A DNA stretch of 64,000 bases from Thermoproteota archaeon. GTDB taxonomy: Archaea; Korarchaeota; Korarchaeia; Korarchaeales; JAOZGB01. Positions 9,386 through 19,541 of the stretch are shown in pieces; the stretch's first letter is position 1; each line of letters begins with the position of its first letter. The stretch spans positions 364,699 to 428,698 of the forward strand of contig JAVCBU010000006.1 in assembly GCA_037917685.1 (NCBI GenBank). The letters run 5' to 3'. Position numbers and translations under genes: made by a program. The notes under the pieces are model-generated. The model was not told where the DNA came from and did not search any database. It worked only from the letters and a program-made list of their open reading frames with translations.

Positions 9386-10360
9386 ATGCAGGAAATAGTT
9401 CATCCAATACCAGAGCATGTTCTAAAGGTCCTTAAAAGGCAGCATTACGCTGTAGTTGGGCTTAACACAGGGGTGAAGCTGTGCGACTGGCTTAGAAAAA
9501 GCCTCCTAGACAGGGGGGTCTGCTACAAGCAGGACTTCTACGGGATCCAATCACATAGATGCCTTCAAATGTCCCCCTCTGTAATATGGTGTACTCACAG
9601 GTGCATATACTGCTGGAGAATACAGTCGGGAGACGAGCCTGAACTAAGATGGAAAGAGTACCCCTTCCCCGAAGCCTATGACGATCCAGAGTTTATAGTG
9701 GAGAACGCGGTTAAAGCTCAAAGGCAGCTTATCTCAGGGTATAAGCCGTTTGCAAATCCACGGAAGTACGTTGAAGCGTTGAACCCCAACCAGGCGGCTA
9801 TATCCCTGTCAGGCGAGCCGACGCTCTACCCGGTCCTCGGAGATCTGATACATGAATTCCACAGGAGGCATTTCACAACTTTCCTTGTAACCAATGGAAC
9901 CATGCCTGAAAGGCTTGAGTCTCTAAGCGAACTTCCAACTCAGCTCTATATAACCCTTCCAGCCCCCAGAAGAGAGGTTTATCTCAAAACCTCGAGGCCT
10001 ATAATACGTGACGGCTGGGATCGCATACAGAGAAGCCTTGAGATAATGTCAACTGTTCAGACAAGAACTGTGATAAGGATGACGCTTACAAAAGGTCTGA
10101 ATTTCAGAGAACCAGAGGGCTACGCTAAGCTAATAGAGAAAGCTAACCCCATGTTTGTCGAGCTTAAAGCAGCCATGGCCCTCGGCTATGCCAGGAAGAG
10201 GGGGATGGAGGATAGGGGGATGCTTCTCCACTGGGAAATAAGGGAGTTCGCGGAGGAGCTTTCAAAAATAATAGGATATAGGTTGGCAGGAGAGAAACTG
10301 CCTTCAAGAGTGGTTTTACTGACTAGGATTAAGGGCGACACTAAGATACCAGGATTATAG
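9386..10360 (+). CDS. taw1: 4-demethylwyosine synthase (radical SAM) Taw1/Tyw1
   Basis: VKLCDW, CYKQDFYGIQSHRCLQM, CTHRCIYC (CxxxCxxC), AISLSGEPTLY. Confidence 0.96.
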   Translation: MQEIVHPIPEHVLKVLKRQHYAVVGLNTGVKLCDWLRKSLLDRGVCYKQDFYGIQSHRCLQMSPSVIWCTHRCIYCWRIQSGDEPELRWKEYPFPEAYDDPEFIVENAVKAQRQLISGYKPFANPRKYVEALNPNQAAISLSGEPTLYPVLGDLIHEFHRRHFTTFLVTNGTMPERLESLSELPTQLYITLPAPRREVYLKTSRPIIRDGWDRIQRSLEIMSTVQTRTVIRMTLTKGLNFREPEGYAKLIEKANPMFVELKAAMALGYARKRGMEDRGMLLHWEIREFAEELSKIIGYRLAGEKLPSRVVLLTRIKGDTKIPGL

Positions 10361-10391
10361 GTGGAGACTCAAGTCGGTCTTGCCTTATATT

Positions 10392-11723
10392 TTACTTTGA
10401 GACTCTTTTTATCTCCTCCTCTATTATATCGAGTGCCGGGTCTATGTACTCTCTCGTTATTGAGAGTGGTGGTGCTATTCTTATTGTTGATATTCCCGCA
10501 AGTATTAAGGCAACTCCTCTCTTCCAGGATTCAATCATAACAGTTTCTGCCTCTTTCTTTGCGTACTCCTTGGTTTTCCTGTTTTTGACGAGTTCGACTC
10601 CTATCATCAAGCCCTTGCCTCTTACATCGCCTATGATCTCATATTTTTCCATCATCTCCCTGAACCGCTTCATTATGTACTCTCCCTGCTTTGTAGCGTT
10701 TTCCATTAATTTTTCCTCTTTAATGATGGATATAACCTCTATGGCGGCTGCGCAGCTTACAGGGTTGCCGCCAAAAGTGGAAGCATGGCTTCCTCCCTCC
10801 CAGTTCATAATGTTGCTCCACGCCATCATTGCGCCTAGAGGGAGGCCGGCAGCGATGGCCTTGGCGGATGCTACGATGTGAGGTTTTACTCCCCAGTGTT
10901 CTATTGCCCACCACTTGCCTGTTCTCCCGATTCCCGACTGAACTTCATCATCGATAAGTAGCATGTCATACTTTGATGCAAGCCTTTCAAGCTGCTTGAA
11001 ATACCCCTCAGGCGGTACGATATAGCCTCCTTCCCCTTGTATCGGCTCAAATATTATGCCTGCAACCTCCTCCGGTGGAACGTATTTTTTCAGGGTCCAA
11101 TCTTCGATGAAACCTATACAGTAAAAGCCGCATTCGGGATATTCAAGGTTAAAGGGACACCTGTAACAGTATGGATATGGGACATGAGTTACACCAGGGA
11201 TTAATGGTGAGAAATGCCTCACCTGAACTGGCTTGCTGGCTGTGAAGCTTAATGCTCCGAGAGTTCTACCATGAAATGCACCTATGAAGGCTAGCATCCT
11301 AGGCCTTCTCTTATTCCATCTTGCAAGTTTGAAGGCTGCCTCAACAGCCTCAGCGCCACTATTACCGAAGTAGACCTTCCAATCACCTCCTCCGGGCGCT
11401 ATCTCAACAAGCTTCTCAGCCAGTTCTATTGATGGCTCATAGTAGAAGTCCGTGTTAGAGTAGTGAATTAGCTTCTTCGCCTGTTTTCTGATTGCACCCA
11501 CAACTCTTGGGTGCGAATGACCTACGTTCAGAACAGCTATGCCAGAGTTTAAATCTATGTACTCGTTACCGTCAACGTCCTTTACAATAACTCCCTCTCC
11601 AGTCTCAGCTACTAGGGGGTACCACCGTACGTAGGACCCGGATATAACCCTCTTATCCCGCTCTAAAAGGCTTCTAGCCTTAGGTCCGGGTGGAGTTACC
11701 AGTATCTTCGGATATCTGGTCAT
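10392..11723 (-). CDS. Class III PLP aminotransferase (4-aminobutyrate/ornithine type)
   Basis: NSGAEAVE, AFHGRT, EPIQGEGG, DDEVQSGIGRTG, SAKAIAAG, STFGGNP. Confidence 0.93.
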   Translation of the reverse strand: MTRYPKILVTPPGPKARSLLERDKRVISGSYVRWYPLVAETGEGVIVKDVDGNEYIDLNSGIAVLNVGHSHPRVVGAIRKQAKKLIHYSNTDFYYEPSIELAEKLVEIAPGGGDWKVYFGNSGAEAVEAAFKLARWNKRRPRMLAFIGAFHGRTLGALSFTASKPVQVRHFSPLIPGVTHVPYPYCYRCPFNLEYPECGFYCIGFIEDWTLKKYVPPEEVAGIIFEPIQGEGGYIVPPEGYFKQLERLASKYDMLLIDDEVQSGIGRTGKWWAIEHWGVKPHIVASAKAIAAGLPLGAMMAWSNIMNWEGGSHASTFGGNPVSCAAAIEVISIIKEEKLMENATKQGEYIMKRFREMMEKYEIIGDVRGKGLMIGVELVKNRKTKEYAKKEAETVMIESWKRGVALILAGISTIRIAPPLSITREYIDPALDIIEEEIKRVSK

Positions 11724-11844
11724 CCTGTCTAATGTCCATCCTGAAACTTAAAGATTTTAACATATTGTCTACAAGTAATTCCAATAATAACCTCTGATTT
11801 TTCGCTCTTCCCGTCGGTGTTAAAGAAATTCTCCTAAGCCACTC

Positions 11845-12903
11845 TTATAGGGGAATTATGAGGGTATTCTCTTTCTTAATGTAAAGTGTGATTCTCTTCC
11901 CAAGTCCTAGCCTCACGTAGGGTGGAAGCTCTGCTATTATCCTATGACCCTCCGAGTTGCAGTAGACCCTTTGACTTTTGCCTATGAATGCTATGTGGTC
12001 TATTACGGCGTTTATGGGGTTTACCTCGCCCTCCGGCTTTAGCGTGAAGTATTCTGGCCTCATACTTACGACGACCTTCGAGCCGACGGTTAGGTTAACA
12101 TCCTCTCTTGAAGGTATGCCCTCTAGAGTTCCTATTTCAGTGTCGACTTTAACAGTTCCATTCCTACCTGTTACTTCTCCTTCGATCATTGTTGCTTGTC
12201 CTATGAAGTCGGCCACGAATGTGTTTCTCGGTCTTTGATATATCTCTTGTGGAGTCCCTACTTGCATTATTTTCCCCTGATGCATCACTGCTATCTTGTC
12301 TGAGATGCTCATAGCCTCCTCCTGGTCGTGTGTGACGTATATCGTGGTTATCCCAAGTTCTCTCTGTATTCTTCTAAGCTCTGCCCTTGTCTCTATTCTC
12401 AGTTTAGCGTCGAGGTTGCTTAGCGGCTCGTCTAGTAGAAGGGTTTTCGGCCTGACAGCTATAGCCCTTGCAAGAGCTATCCTTTGCTGTTGGCCGCCGC
12501 TAAGCTGGCTTGGATACCTCTTCTCGAATCCTTCTAGCTTTACAAGTTTTAGAACCTCCTTTACACGCTTCTTTATCTCGTCTCTCGGTAGTTTCCTAAT
12601 CTTTAATCCGTAGGCAATATTCTCTTCAACGGTCATGTGCGGCCACAACGCATAATTCTGGAAAACCATTCCAGTCTCACGTTTGAACGGGGGAATATCC
12701 GTAATATCGGCTCCATCAAAATAGATTCTACCTTCTGTTGGCATCTCAAACCCTGCTATAAGCCTTAGAGTAGTAGTTTTTCCGCAGCCGCTTGGTCCCA
12801 AAAGGGCGAAGAATAAGCCGTCATCAATGCTTAGGCTCACATGGTCGACTGCTACAACCTCGCCAAACCTTTTTGTAAGCTTCTCAAGGGTAATATTAAC
12901 CAT
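11845..12903 (-). CDS. ABC transporter ATP-binding subunit (FbpC/PotA type, C-terminal TOBE)
   Basis: GPSGCGKT, LSGGQQQR, LLLDEP, YVTHDQEEA. Confidence 0.96.
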   Translation of the reverse strand: MVNITLEKLTKRFGEVVAVDHVSLSIDDGLFFALLGPSGCGKTTTLRLIAGFEMPTEGRIYFDGADITDIPPFKRETGMVFQNYALWPHMTVEENIAYGLKIRKLPRDEIKKRVKEVLKLVKLEGFEKRYPSQLSGGQQQRIALARAIAVRPKTLLLDEPLSNLDAKLRIETRAELRRIQRELGITTIYVTHDQEEAMSISDKIAVMHQGKIMQVGTPQEIYQRPRNTFVADFIGQATMIEGEVTGRNGTVKVDTEIGTLEGIPSREDVNLTVGSKVVVSMRPEYFTLKPEGEVNPINAVIDHIAFIGKSQRVYCNSEGHRIIAELPPYVRLGLGKRITLYIKKENTLIIPL

Positions 12904-12913
12904 AGCCTCACCC

Positions 12914-14737
12914 CTATATGGTAATTAGGGCTGTCGCCCTTTGTCTGAGCAGGTATGTTGAGATTAAGATTGATGCCAGCTGAAGAAGCATAAGGATCAC
13001 ACCTATAGCCGCTGTTAGGTGGGGGCCGCCTGCAAGCATGTATAAAACATCAAGCATCTTAAGTGTTATGGGGCCCTCCTCAGGCTTGGCGCTTCCTATG
13101 ACTATTCCAGTGCTTACCTCGTTCATACAATAAACGAATGATAGCATCCCACCTGCTAGGATGTTCATCCATACAAGCTTTAAGGATATGTCTAGGAAGG
13201 TTCTCGTCCTGCTGGCTCCGAGATTTAATGCTGCCTCTTCGAATTCCACATGGGTCTGCTCAAACCCCGCGAACGCTGCTCTAACTGTGAATGGAAACTT
13301 TCTGATAGTGTATGACAGTATCAACAATGGTATTGGACTTTTGAGAGGATCGAGTGGCGAGTTAAGAAATATCAGGAACAGGCCGGTTGCTATTACCACG
13401 CCTGGAATACTTATCGGAAGGGTTACAAGCGTGTCTAATGCGCTCATGCCTGGAATATGCTTTCTTGCTACAAGGTATGCGGCACTTGTCCCCAGTACTA
13501 TTATTAGGATTGTTGCAGCTGTAGAATAGGTTAGGCTGTTCGTGAACGCCCTTATGATTTCCTTGTCGGTAAATATTTCTTTAAAGTTGATAATGGTGAA
13601 TTCTTCTGGTAGGAGCCTTGTACCCCAGTGCTCTGAGAAAGCAAGGAGGAATACACCTATATGAGGGAGTAGGGCGAAGAATAGTATTCCTACTAGCAGA
13701 ATGTATATTATGGCGCATTGGATTTTAGACGCCCTATTTACAACCCTTCTACCAGCTTCTCCCTTGCTGAGCATGGCGTACTTCCTCATACTAACATACT
13801 TCCGTATAATTACAAAACTAAACATTGATATCGAGAGTAGAATCGCAGCGAGCGCAGTAGCGTCAGGCCTTATAAGGCCTTTTGGAGTGAATATTTTTGT
13901 GAATATCTGGTATGTGAGGGTTTTCTCAGCTGTTGTTCCCTGGAATATTATGGGAGTTCCAAGGTCCTCTATGCTTAGTATCAGTGTTAGTATCGCTCCA
14001 GCCTCTATTCCGGGGAGTGCAAGCGGCAGTGTTACCGTTCTAAACAAGTGAAACCCGTGGGCACCAAGATTTTTAGCCTGCTCCTCCATGGCAGGATCTA
14101 TATTCATGAATGCCGTGAAGGCATTCACGTACACAATAGGGTAGAACATCAACGTTTGGACGAACACTACAGCAGCTAAACCTTCTACTCCGATCTTGAC
14201 CGGGAGAAGCCCGAGTTTCTCGTAGAATAATGTGTTTAGAAATCCATCGACATGTATCATTTTCCTAAGGCCTATGGCTCCTACGAAAGGTATTGACAAC
14301 ATAGGGATCATTATGGCTATTCGGAAATATTCTTTGAGTGGAAAATCGTATCTGGAGAATATAAAGGCTAGAGTTACGCCGATTATCGTTGCAAATATCG
14401 TTGTGGAGATTCCTACGATGAGTGTGTTAGGGATAACGCCGATATCCGGTCCTGTGATTATTATTCTATTTCCTCCAGCCCTTCTATAGAAGGAAAGGGC
14501 CCTGCTGTCCAGGCTATGTGGGAAATAGAAAGCGTCGCTAAAGACTTGTTTAATCCAGAAGAATGAGAAGCTTCCTTCATGGACAAACGCGTGGTAAAGC
14601 ACGCTTACCAGAGGGATGATCATAAAAATGGTGAATATTGAGACAACTAAGACTAGCTGGGTTATTGATAAGCTGTCAAGTTCCCACTTAATCTCCCTAA
14701 GTCTAGCCCTTACATCGGCTGTTATCATCCTATCCAC
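12914..14737 (-). CDS. ABC permease, fused two-module FbpB/ThiP type
   Basis: Two EAA loops (MEEQAKNLGA; FEEAALNLGASR), many TM helices. Confidence 0.93.
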   Translation of the reverse strand: MDRMITADVRARLREIKWELDSLSITQLVLVVSIFTIFMIIPLVSVLYHAFVHEGSFSFFWIKQVFSDAFYFPHSLDSRALSFYRRAGGNRIIITGPDIGVIPNTLIVGISTTIFATIIGVTLAFIFSRYDFPLKEYFRIAIMIPMLSIPFVGAIGLRKMIHVDGFLNTLFYEKLGLLPVKIGVEGLAAVVFVQTLMFYPIVYVNAFTAFMNIDPAMEEQAKNLGAHGFHLFRTVTLPLALPGIEAGAILTLILSIEDLGTPIIFQGTTAEKTLTYQIFTKIFTPKGLIRPDATALAAILLSISMFSFVIIRKYVSMRKYAMLSKGEAGRRVVNRASKIQCAIIYILLVGILFFALLPHIGVFLLAFSEHWGTRLLPEEFTIINFKEIFTDKEIIRAFTNSLTYSTAATILIIVLGTSAAYLVARKHIPGMSALDTLVTLPISIPGVVIATGLFLIFLNSPLDPLKSPIPLLILSYTIRKFPFTVRAAFAGFEQTHVEFEEAALNLGASRTRTFLDISLKLVWMNILAGGMLSFVYCMNEVSTGIVIGSAKPEEGPITLKMLDVLYMLAGGPHLTAAIGVILMLLQLASILISTYLLRQRATALITI

Positions 14738-16106
14738 CGGCTATCAGCTTCTGAAGCTCGTTGTAAACCCTTTGATATTGTTCTCTAGCAGCATCTTTCC
14801 ACTTAACCATCTCCTGAGCTTGGAACTCAGAGTCCGTTCTAATCCTATCGTTTATGGACTGAGCGTACTCAACAGTCATCGTTACATTTCTACCATCCTC
14901 TGTCCACGTCACCGGAGTGCCCAGCATGTCGGCAAGCATCCAGAACTGATCTTCAGTTATTTTTCCATCCCTGTACGACTGAACCATGCTTCTCCACACA
15001 TCAGAAAGCTCCGAGTGCAGGTCTGAGATCACAGCTTCGAAGTACGCCCGCATGGTAGCCTCATACGAGAGGGCGAGAGCGTCGCTGAACTCTATTCCAA
15101 TATTAGTAATCGTCAGATTATATAGTCTGTAAAGGTCAGGCCTTGCCTTCCCAGCTTCTGTTCTAAAGACCTCTCCCCTAACAGGCATCCTGTTAAGTTT
15201 AGGATTCAGCCAGTTAGCTTGACCCTCGACAGAGAGGACGTAAGCAATGAATGCCTCGGCTGCTTCCACGTGCTGGGTTCCATTGACCAGTGCTATCGGG
15301 TCTCCGTTGATGATGGTTTCTCCTTGGGGGAGTACATATTCAAGGTTGGGATCTTTGACCTGACTCGTGTAGCCATAGAAGTCTATGGCTATGGAAACTC
15401 CGACCTCACCGGTTTCGACTGCGCTCCATGCCTCTACGCTTCCACCATACAACCTGCCGTTTGCCGCCATCCTGGTGATAAGCCTCCATCCATCCTCCCA
15501 TCCAAACGCTTGGAGGATGATTTCATAGATTCTTGTATGGCTAGTTGACGTGAAAGGCTTCGCCATCGCTATTGTAGGAAAGTCCCGGAGGAAGTCGGGG
15601 GATGCAAGATCCTCCCATGTCTGGGGTTTCTCTAACCCATACTTGTCGATGAAGTTATGGTTAACGATGAAACCGAAGGAGGAGATGGCAGATGCCACCC
15701 ATAAGACTCTTCCTTGATCATCGAATCTCTTCATCGGGCTTCCGGCGATATCATCTGGTATTGCATTAACCTCAGCCATAACTGTGCTTCCAGAGAGTGG
15801 CTGAAATAGATCTATATTTTCGTCAAACAGTGTGGGACCACCTCCCCATGCGATGTCTATCCCACCTCTTCCAATCACTGATCTCCAATACTGTGGCGGG
15901 GTGCCTATGAACTTTAGGTCGACAATATTGTACTGTTTTGCCAGATCTGTCTGCAGGAAAGCCTCCTCAAATATTAGTTGTATTGCCGTATCATGTCTGG
16001 TGATTATGGTGAGAACCACACCTTCCTCTTTTGGCTTTCTGAAAACCATCAGCGCAGCTACAGCTATGATGACAAGGAGTATGGGGACAATAATCTTAGG
16101 CTTCAT
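14730..16106 (-). CDS. ABC substrate-binding protein (AfuA/FbpA superfamily)
   Basis: N-terminal membrane anchor, IITRHD, DIAWGGGP, PQTWEDL, STSHTRIYEIILQ; in operon with permease and ATPase. Confidence 0.9.
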   Translation of the reverse strand: MKPKIIVPILLVIIAVAALMVFRKPKEEGVVLTIITRHDTAIQLIFEEAFLQTDLAKQYNIVDLKFIGTPPQYWRSVIGRGGIDIAWGGGPTLFDENIDLFQPLSGSTVMAEVNAIPDDIAGSPMKRFDDQGRVLWVASAISSFGFIVNHNFIDKYGLEKPQTWEDLASPDFLRDFPTIAMAKPFTSTSHTRIYEIILQAFGWEDGWRLITRMAANGRLYGGSVEAWSAVETGEVGVSIAIDFYGYTSQVKDPNLEYVLPQGETIINGDPIALVNGTQHVEAAEAFIAYVLSVEGQANWLNPKLNRMPVRGEVFRTEAGKARPDLYRLYNLTITNIGIEFSDALALSYEATMRAYFEAVISDLHSELSDVWRSMVQSYRDGKITEDQFWMLADMLGTPVTWTEDGRNVTMTVEYAQSINDRIRTDSEFQAQEMVKWKDAAREQYQRVYNELQKLIAGG

Positions 16107-16209
16107 GGGTCACCACCTAGATGAGTCTTAGTAATGTAATTAAAATTTCACCACTAGACGGTTAACACTTCGTCGTAAAGCAACACTTAAAAAGTATTGT
16201 ATATGGTAA

Positions 16210-17235
16210 ATGATGATCAGCATGAGAGAAGTAAAAATTGCTATCCTGATATCCCTACTCCTAGTTCCATCCGCTATCGTTGCGACTAACCTCTTCGTGA
16301 GCGCAGCGACACCGGCAAAGATAGTTCTCGAAAATACTACTGGAAGGACGTGGGATGGATACCATGACCAGCTGGGCTCCCTGGTCAGCGAGCTGCAGGC
16401 TAGGGGGTACGAGGTTGTTGTGGCAACCGACGGGATAACCGCCTCCATACTGCAGGGGGCCCAGGGGCTGATCATGATAAAGCCTAAGGACCCGTCAAGA
16501 CCATACACAAGTGAGGAGATCCAGGCTATTAAGGACTGGTTCAACCAAGGAGGAAAGTTCCTATGGGTTTCAAGCGATTCAGACTACATAGAGCCATTCC
16601 TAACCGAGACCACTTTCAAGACTGACTGGATGAACGGTATCCTTGAGGCCGTAGGGACACCGCTAAGGTTCGACTACTGCAGCGTAGAGGATCCGGTTGT
16701 AAATGCTGGGGCTCCATACAGAGTTGTTTCGAACACTACGAACAAGGACCACCCTGACGCGGCCAAGATGACGGCTGGCGTTACAAACTACCTATTCCAT
16801 GGGCCAACCGTGATATGCGGCTTCAAGGACGGCAAGCTCGTAAGGTTCGAAGAGATAGAGTCAGACGAGATATTCTGGATCTTCAAGACGAGTGAGAACG
16901 GCGTGATAGTTGACAACGACCCCGCCGTCGGGCCTAAGGCCTACGAGGTTGGGGAACAGGGAAGCTTCGTGATGATGGCCGCACACAAGTATGCTGGGCC
17001 CAACAAGGATTGTAAGATAGTAGTTTCAGCTGAGGGGCCGTACGGAGACCACGGCTCATTCACGACATCCTACAAGGAAGTCGCGCTACAGGGGCCGACA
17101 GCAGTCCTACAGATAATTGACTGGGGTATGACTGTCGAGAAGCCGGCTGCCGCACTGCCAACAACCATGATCCTAGCAATCGTTGTAGTAATAATCATTA
17201 TAATCGTAGCAATGCTCCTGCTGAAGAAAAAATAG
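16210..17235 (+). CDS. Cell-surface protein (signal peptide, GATase/GldG-like domain, C-terminal TM anchor)
   Basis: Signal peptide; PYTSEEIQAIKDWFNQGGKFLWV resembles DUF4350/GldG-type domains; ends in TM helix + KKK. Confidence 0.75.
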   Translation: MMISMREVKIAILISLLLVPSAIVATNLFVSAATPAKIVLENTTGRTWDGYHDQLGSLVSELQARGYEVVVATDGITASILQGAQGLIMIKPKDPSRPYTSEEIQAIKDWFNQGGKFLWVSSDSDYIEPFLTETTFKTDWMNGILEAVGTPLRFDYCSVEDPVVNAGAPYRVVSNTTNKDHPDAAKMTAGVTNYLFHGPTVICGFKDGKLVRFEEIESDEIFWIFKTSENGVIVDNDPAVGPKAYEVGEQGSFVMMAAHKYAGPNKDCKIVVSAEGPYGDHGSFTTSYKEVALQGPTAVLQIIDWGMTVEKPAAALPTTMILAIVVVIIIIIVAMLLLKKK

Positions 17236-17254
17236 GGAGGATGAAGCGAGGCAG

Positions 17255-18919
17255 TCAGTCCCTTTTACCCCCCTTCTTTATCCATACTGCTATTGCAATT
17301 ACAGCTACGAGGACTCCTGCCACCAGTACCATCTTGTTTACTTGAATGCCGGTTTTTACCTGGATTGTTTCGACAGCTGTTTCATAGGTGTTTCCAGCCC
17401 AGTCTATGGCTGAAACCTTATATTCTATTGTTTTTACATCCTTTCCAAGCTTCACCTTGAAGTTTAGCCTTCCGCCTCCGGTTTTAACATCACTCTTCCA
17501 TTCACCGTTTATTTTATAGTTTAGTCTGACTTCTTTAACTCCCCATCCCTTGTCTTCAGCGTACACGCCTACTTCGAAGATTATAGAGTCATCCTGCTTC
17601 GACCACGTGGCTTCTTCAATGCTTACTTTAGGCCTGTCCTGGTCTTCGGAGTAGTAGCATTTAACACTGGAACTACCGCCAGGGCTTATTGTGAGTTTTA
17701 GTTCAACATATCTCACTCCTTCGTAGACGTATTCAGAGCTCTTTTCTACACCCTCCACTTTGGCTTCCAAGCCCATGTCTTTCAGTCTTATGACAGGTCT
17801 AAGCTCTATTTCCTCATTGGTGGGGTTTCCAAAGGTTGCGGTCATGGCAACCATACTTCCATCATTCGGCATCTCCATGGCTGCGAATGAGCCAACCTCG
17901 TAAGTCTCCTGGTAAGATAGAGTTTCACCTTTCACTCTTATAACCCTGTTTTCAGCCTTTCCGTCAGACGGATTTGTTGGTGAAACAGTGACGATCTCGA
18001 CAACGTTGTCGTATTTCGTAACTTTGTTCCTATGGATGTGGCCTGCCAGTATGTAAACGTTTTCCCTACTGTTGAGGATTTTTAGGAGATCATCTGTTCC
18101 GCTGGGGTCGTTCTCCTTTAGAGAGTCGATGGGGTGATGGAACAAGACGAATACATGCTTACCCTTCAGTTTAGGCAGCACTTCAGCTAGCCAGCTTCTC
18201 TGATCTTCCCTTATAATCCCGTTGCCCGAGTTCAGTATGACAATTGATATGGGTCCCACCTCCCTATACGCTATGGCCTCCCCTTCGTATTTTATAAAGA
18301 GGTCTGGCTTGTTGTTTACAAAATCGTTGTTGCCGCATACAAGTATAGCTGGAACTTCCAGCTGCAGCAGTTCATCCATGAATGCCTGGAACTGTGTCTC
18401 ATTCCTGGTATAGTCGACCTGGTCTCCGACGAATATTGCTAGGTCTGGCCTGAAACTGTTGATGTCATCTACTACTTTCCTCAAGCCTTTAACCATTTTC
18501 CACATATGTGGCAGTAGGCTGTAATGTACGTCACCGATAACCATTATTGTAAGTTCGTCGGTGAACCTTCTTACGACCACAGAGTGAGGCTCAACTAGCG
18601 TTTGACCGTCAGCGACGACCTCAAGGTCAAAGAGCCCGATTGCGTTATCAGGAGGCCTAACAACGAGTAATGCTTCTCCACCGGTCTTTGAAGATCTTAT
18701 AATTGTTGCTGCACCCCTCCAGGTTCTATTTCTTAGATAGACCTCCCAGCTTGAAGCTTCCAGTTCAACGGTGACGTTGAAGGCCCCTCCAGGCTCTATG
18801 AAAACTGGGGTGCCCATCCTCGGTGATTCGATTCCGCTGATCGATTTTTGATGTGTAATTGCATTAGCCCTGGTGGGTATTATTAAACATAGCAAGAGTA
18901 GTATCGCGATTTTTCTCAT
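17255..18919 (-). CDS. Surface-anchored calcineurin-like metallophosphoesterase
   Basis: Signal peptide MRKIAILLLL; GDVH, GDQVD, GNND, HHP, GHIH motifs; C-terminal TM + basic tail (ORF track starts at 18952). Confidence 0.88.
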   Translation of the reverse strand: MRKIAILLLLCLIIPTRANAITHQKSISGIESPRMGTPVFIEPGGAFNVTVELEASSWEVYLRNRTWRGAATIIRSSKTGGEALLVVRPPDNAIGLFDLEVVADGQTLVEPHSVVVRRFTDELTIMVIGDVHYSLLPHMWKMVKGLRKVVDDINSFRPDLAIFVGDQVDYTRNETQFQAFMDELLQLEVPAILVCGNNDFVNNKPDLFIKYEGEAIAYREVGPISIVILNSGNGIIREDQRSWLAEVLPKLKGKHVFVLFHHPIDSLKENDPSGTDDLLKILNSRENVYILAGHIHRNKVTKYDNVVEIVTVSPTNPSDGKAENRVIRVKGETLSYQETYEVGSFAAMEMPNDGSMVAMTATFGNPTNEEIELRPVIRLKDMGLEAKVEGVEKSSEYVYEGVRYVELKLTISPGGSSSVKCYYSEDQDRPKVSIEEATWSKQDDSIIFEVGVYAEDKGWGVKEVRLNYKINGEWKSDVKTGGGRLNFKVKLGKDVKTIEYKVSAIDWAGNTYETAVETIQVKTGIQVNKMVLVAGVLVAVIAIAVWIKKGGKRD

Positions 18920-18979
18920 ATTTATCCCAGTAGGCATTATCCACACTTCCATTTAAAATCATAGGCGGTGAGGACACTA

Positions 18980-19537
18980 TTAAACGAGTCTTTTAAATGC
19001 TTCGATCTCTTCAACGAGGGGCTTCGGCGGCCTAACGCCTCTCTGCCACTGATATATCCCTCTGTATGGTTTTTCGACCTTGTTTAGGCATTTAAGAAAG
19101 ATTACATGGAGGAATCTTATCCCAGGGTAGACCTTTACAGGGAAGTCGTGTGTCCAGTAGACCTCTATGGTGAGCTGGCCTTTGAAGCCTGCGTCAACAT
19201 AGGTTGTCGGGGAGGTGAAGCCGAGCCTTGCGATAGTGGAGCGTAGTCCGCATATCGCCATAAGGTCGTCCGGCATCTCCACAACCTCTATCGTTGTAAA
19301 TAGTGCTGACGTCTTGGGAGGAATCGTAACACCGTTCTCAGGCCTTTCAATCTTGAACCAGTCCCTAGGGTCGTGCTTTGCAAGGTCAAGCATTCCCCTA
19401 TCCGTTCTTGGCAGTCCTATCTCTTCTGCGAGGTGAAGGTCTACACCATTCTGCTGGATAGTGTCATCGTAGAGGGGCTCTATTCTAAGTCTTCCCTCCC
19501 TAACATAGGTTTTAAGATCGAAATCACTAAGTATCAA
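18980..19537 (-). CDS. dcd: dCTP deaminase
   Basis: MILSD, QQNGVDLHL, LRSTIARLG, VDAGFKGQLTIE, YRGIYQWQ. Confidence 0.93.
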   Translation of the reverse strand: MILSDFDLKTYVREGRLRIEPLYDDTIQQNGVDLHLAEEIGLPRTDRGMLDLAKHDPRDWFKIERPENGVTIPPKTSALFTTIEVVEMPDDLMAICGLRSTIARLGFTSPTTYVDAGFKGQLTIEVYWTHDFPVKVYPGIRFLHVIFLKCLNKVEKPYRGIYQWQRGVRPPKPLVEEIEAFKRLV

Positions 19538-19541
19538 ATCG

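Noticed and set aside
10392-11723. Possible PLP-dependent amino-acid racemase
   Set aside because: Has EPIQGEGG (Glu); the archaeal class III racemases I recall have Asp there, so an aminotransferase is more likely
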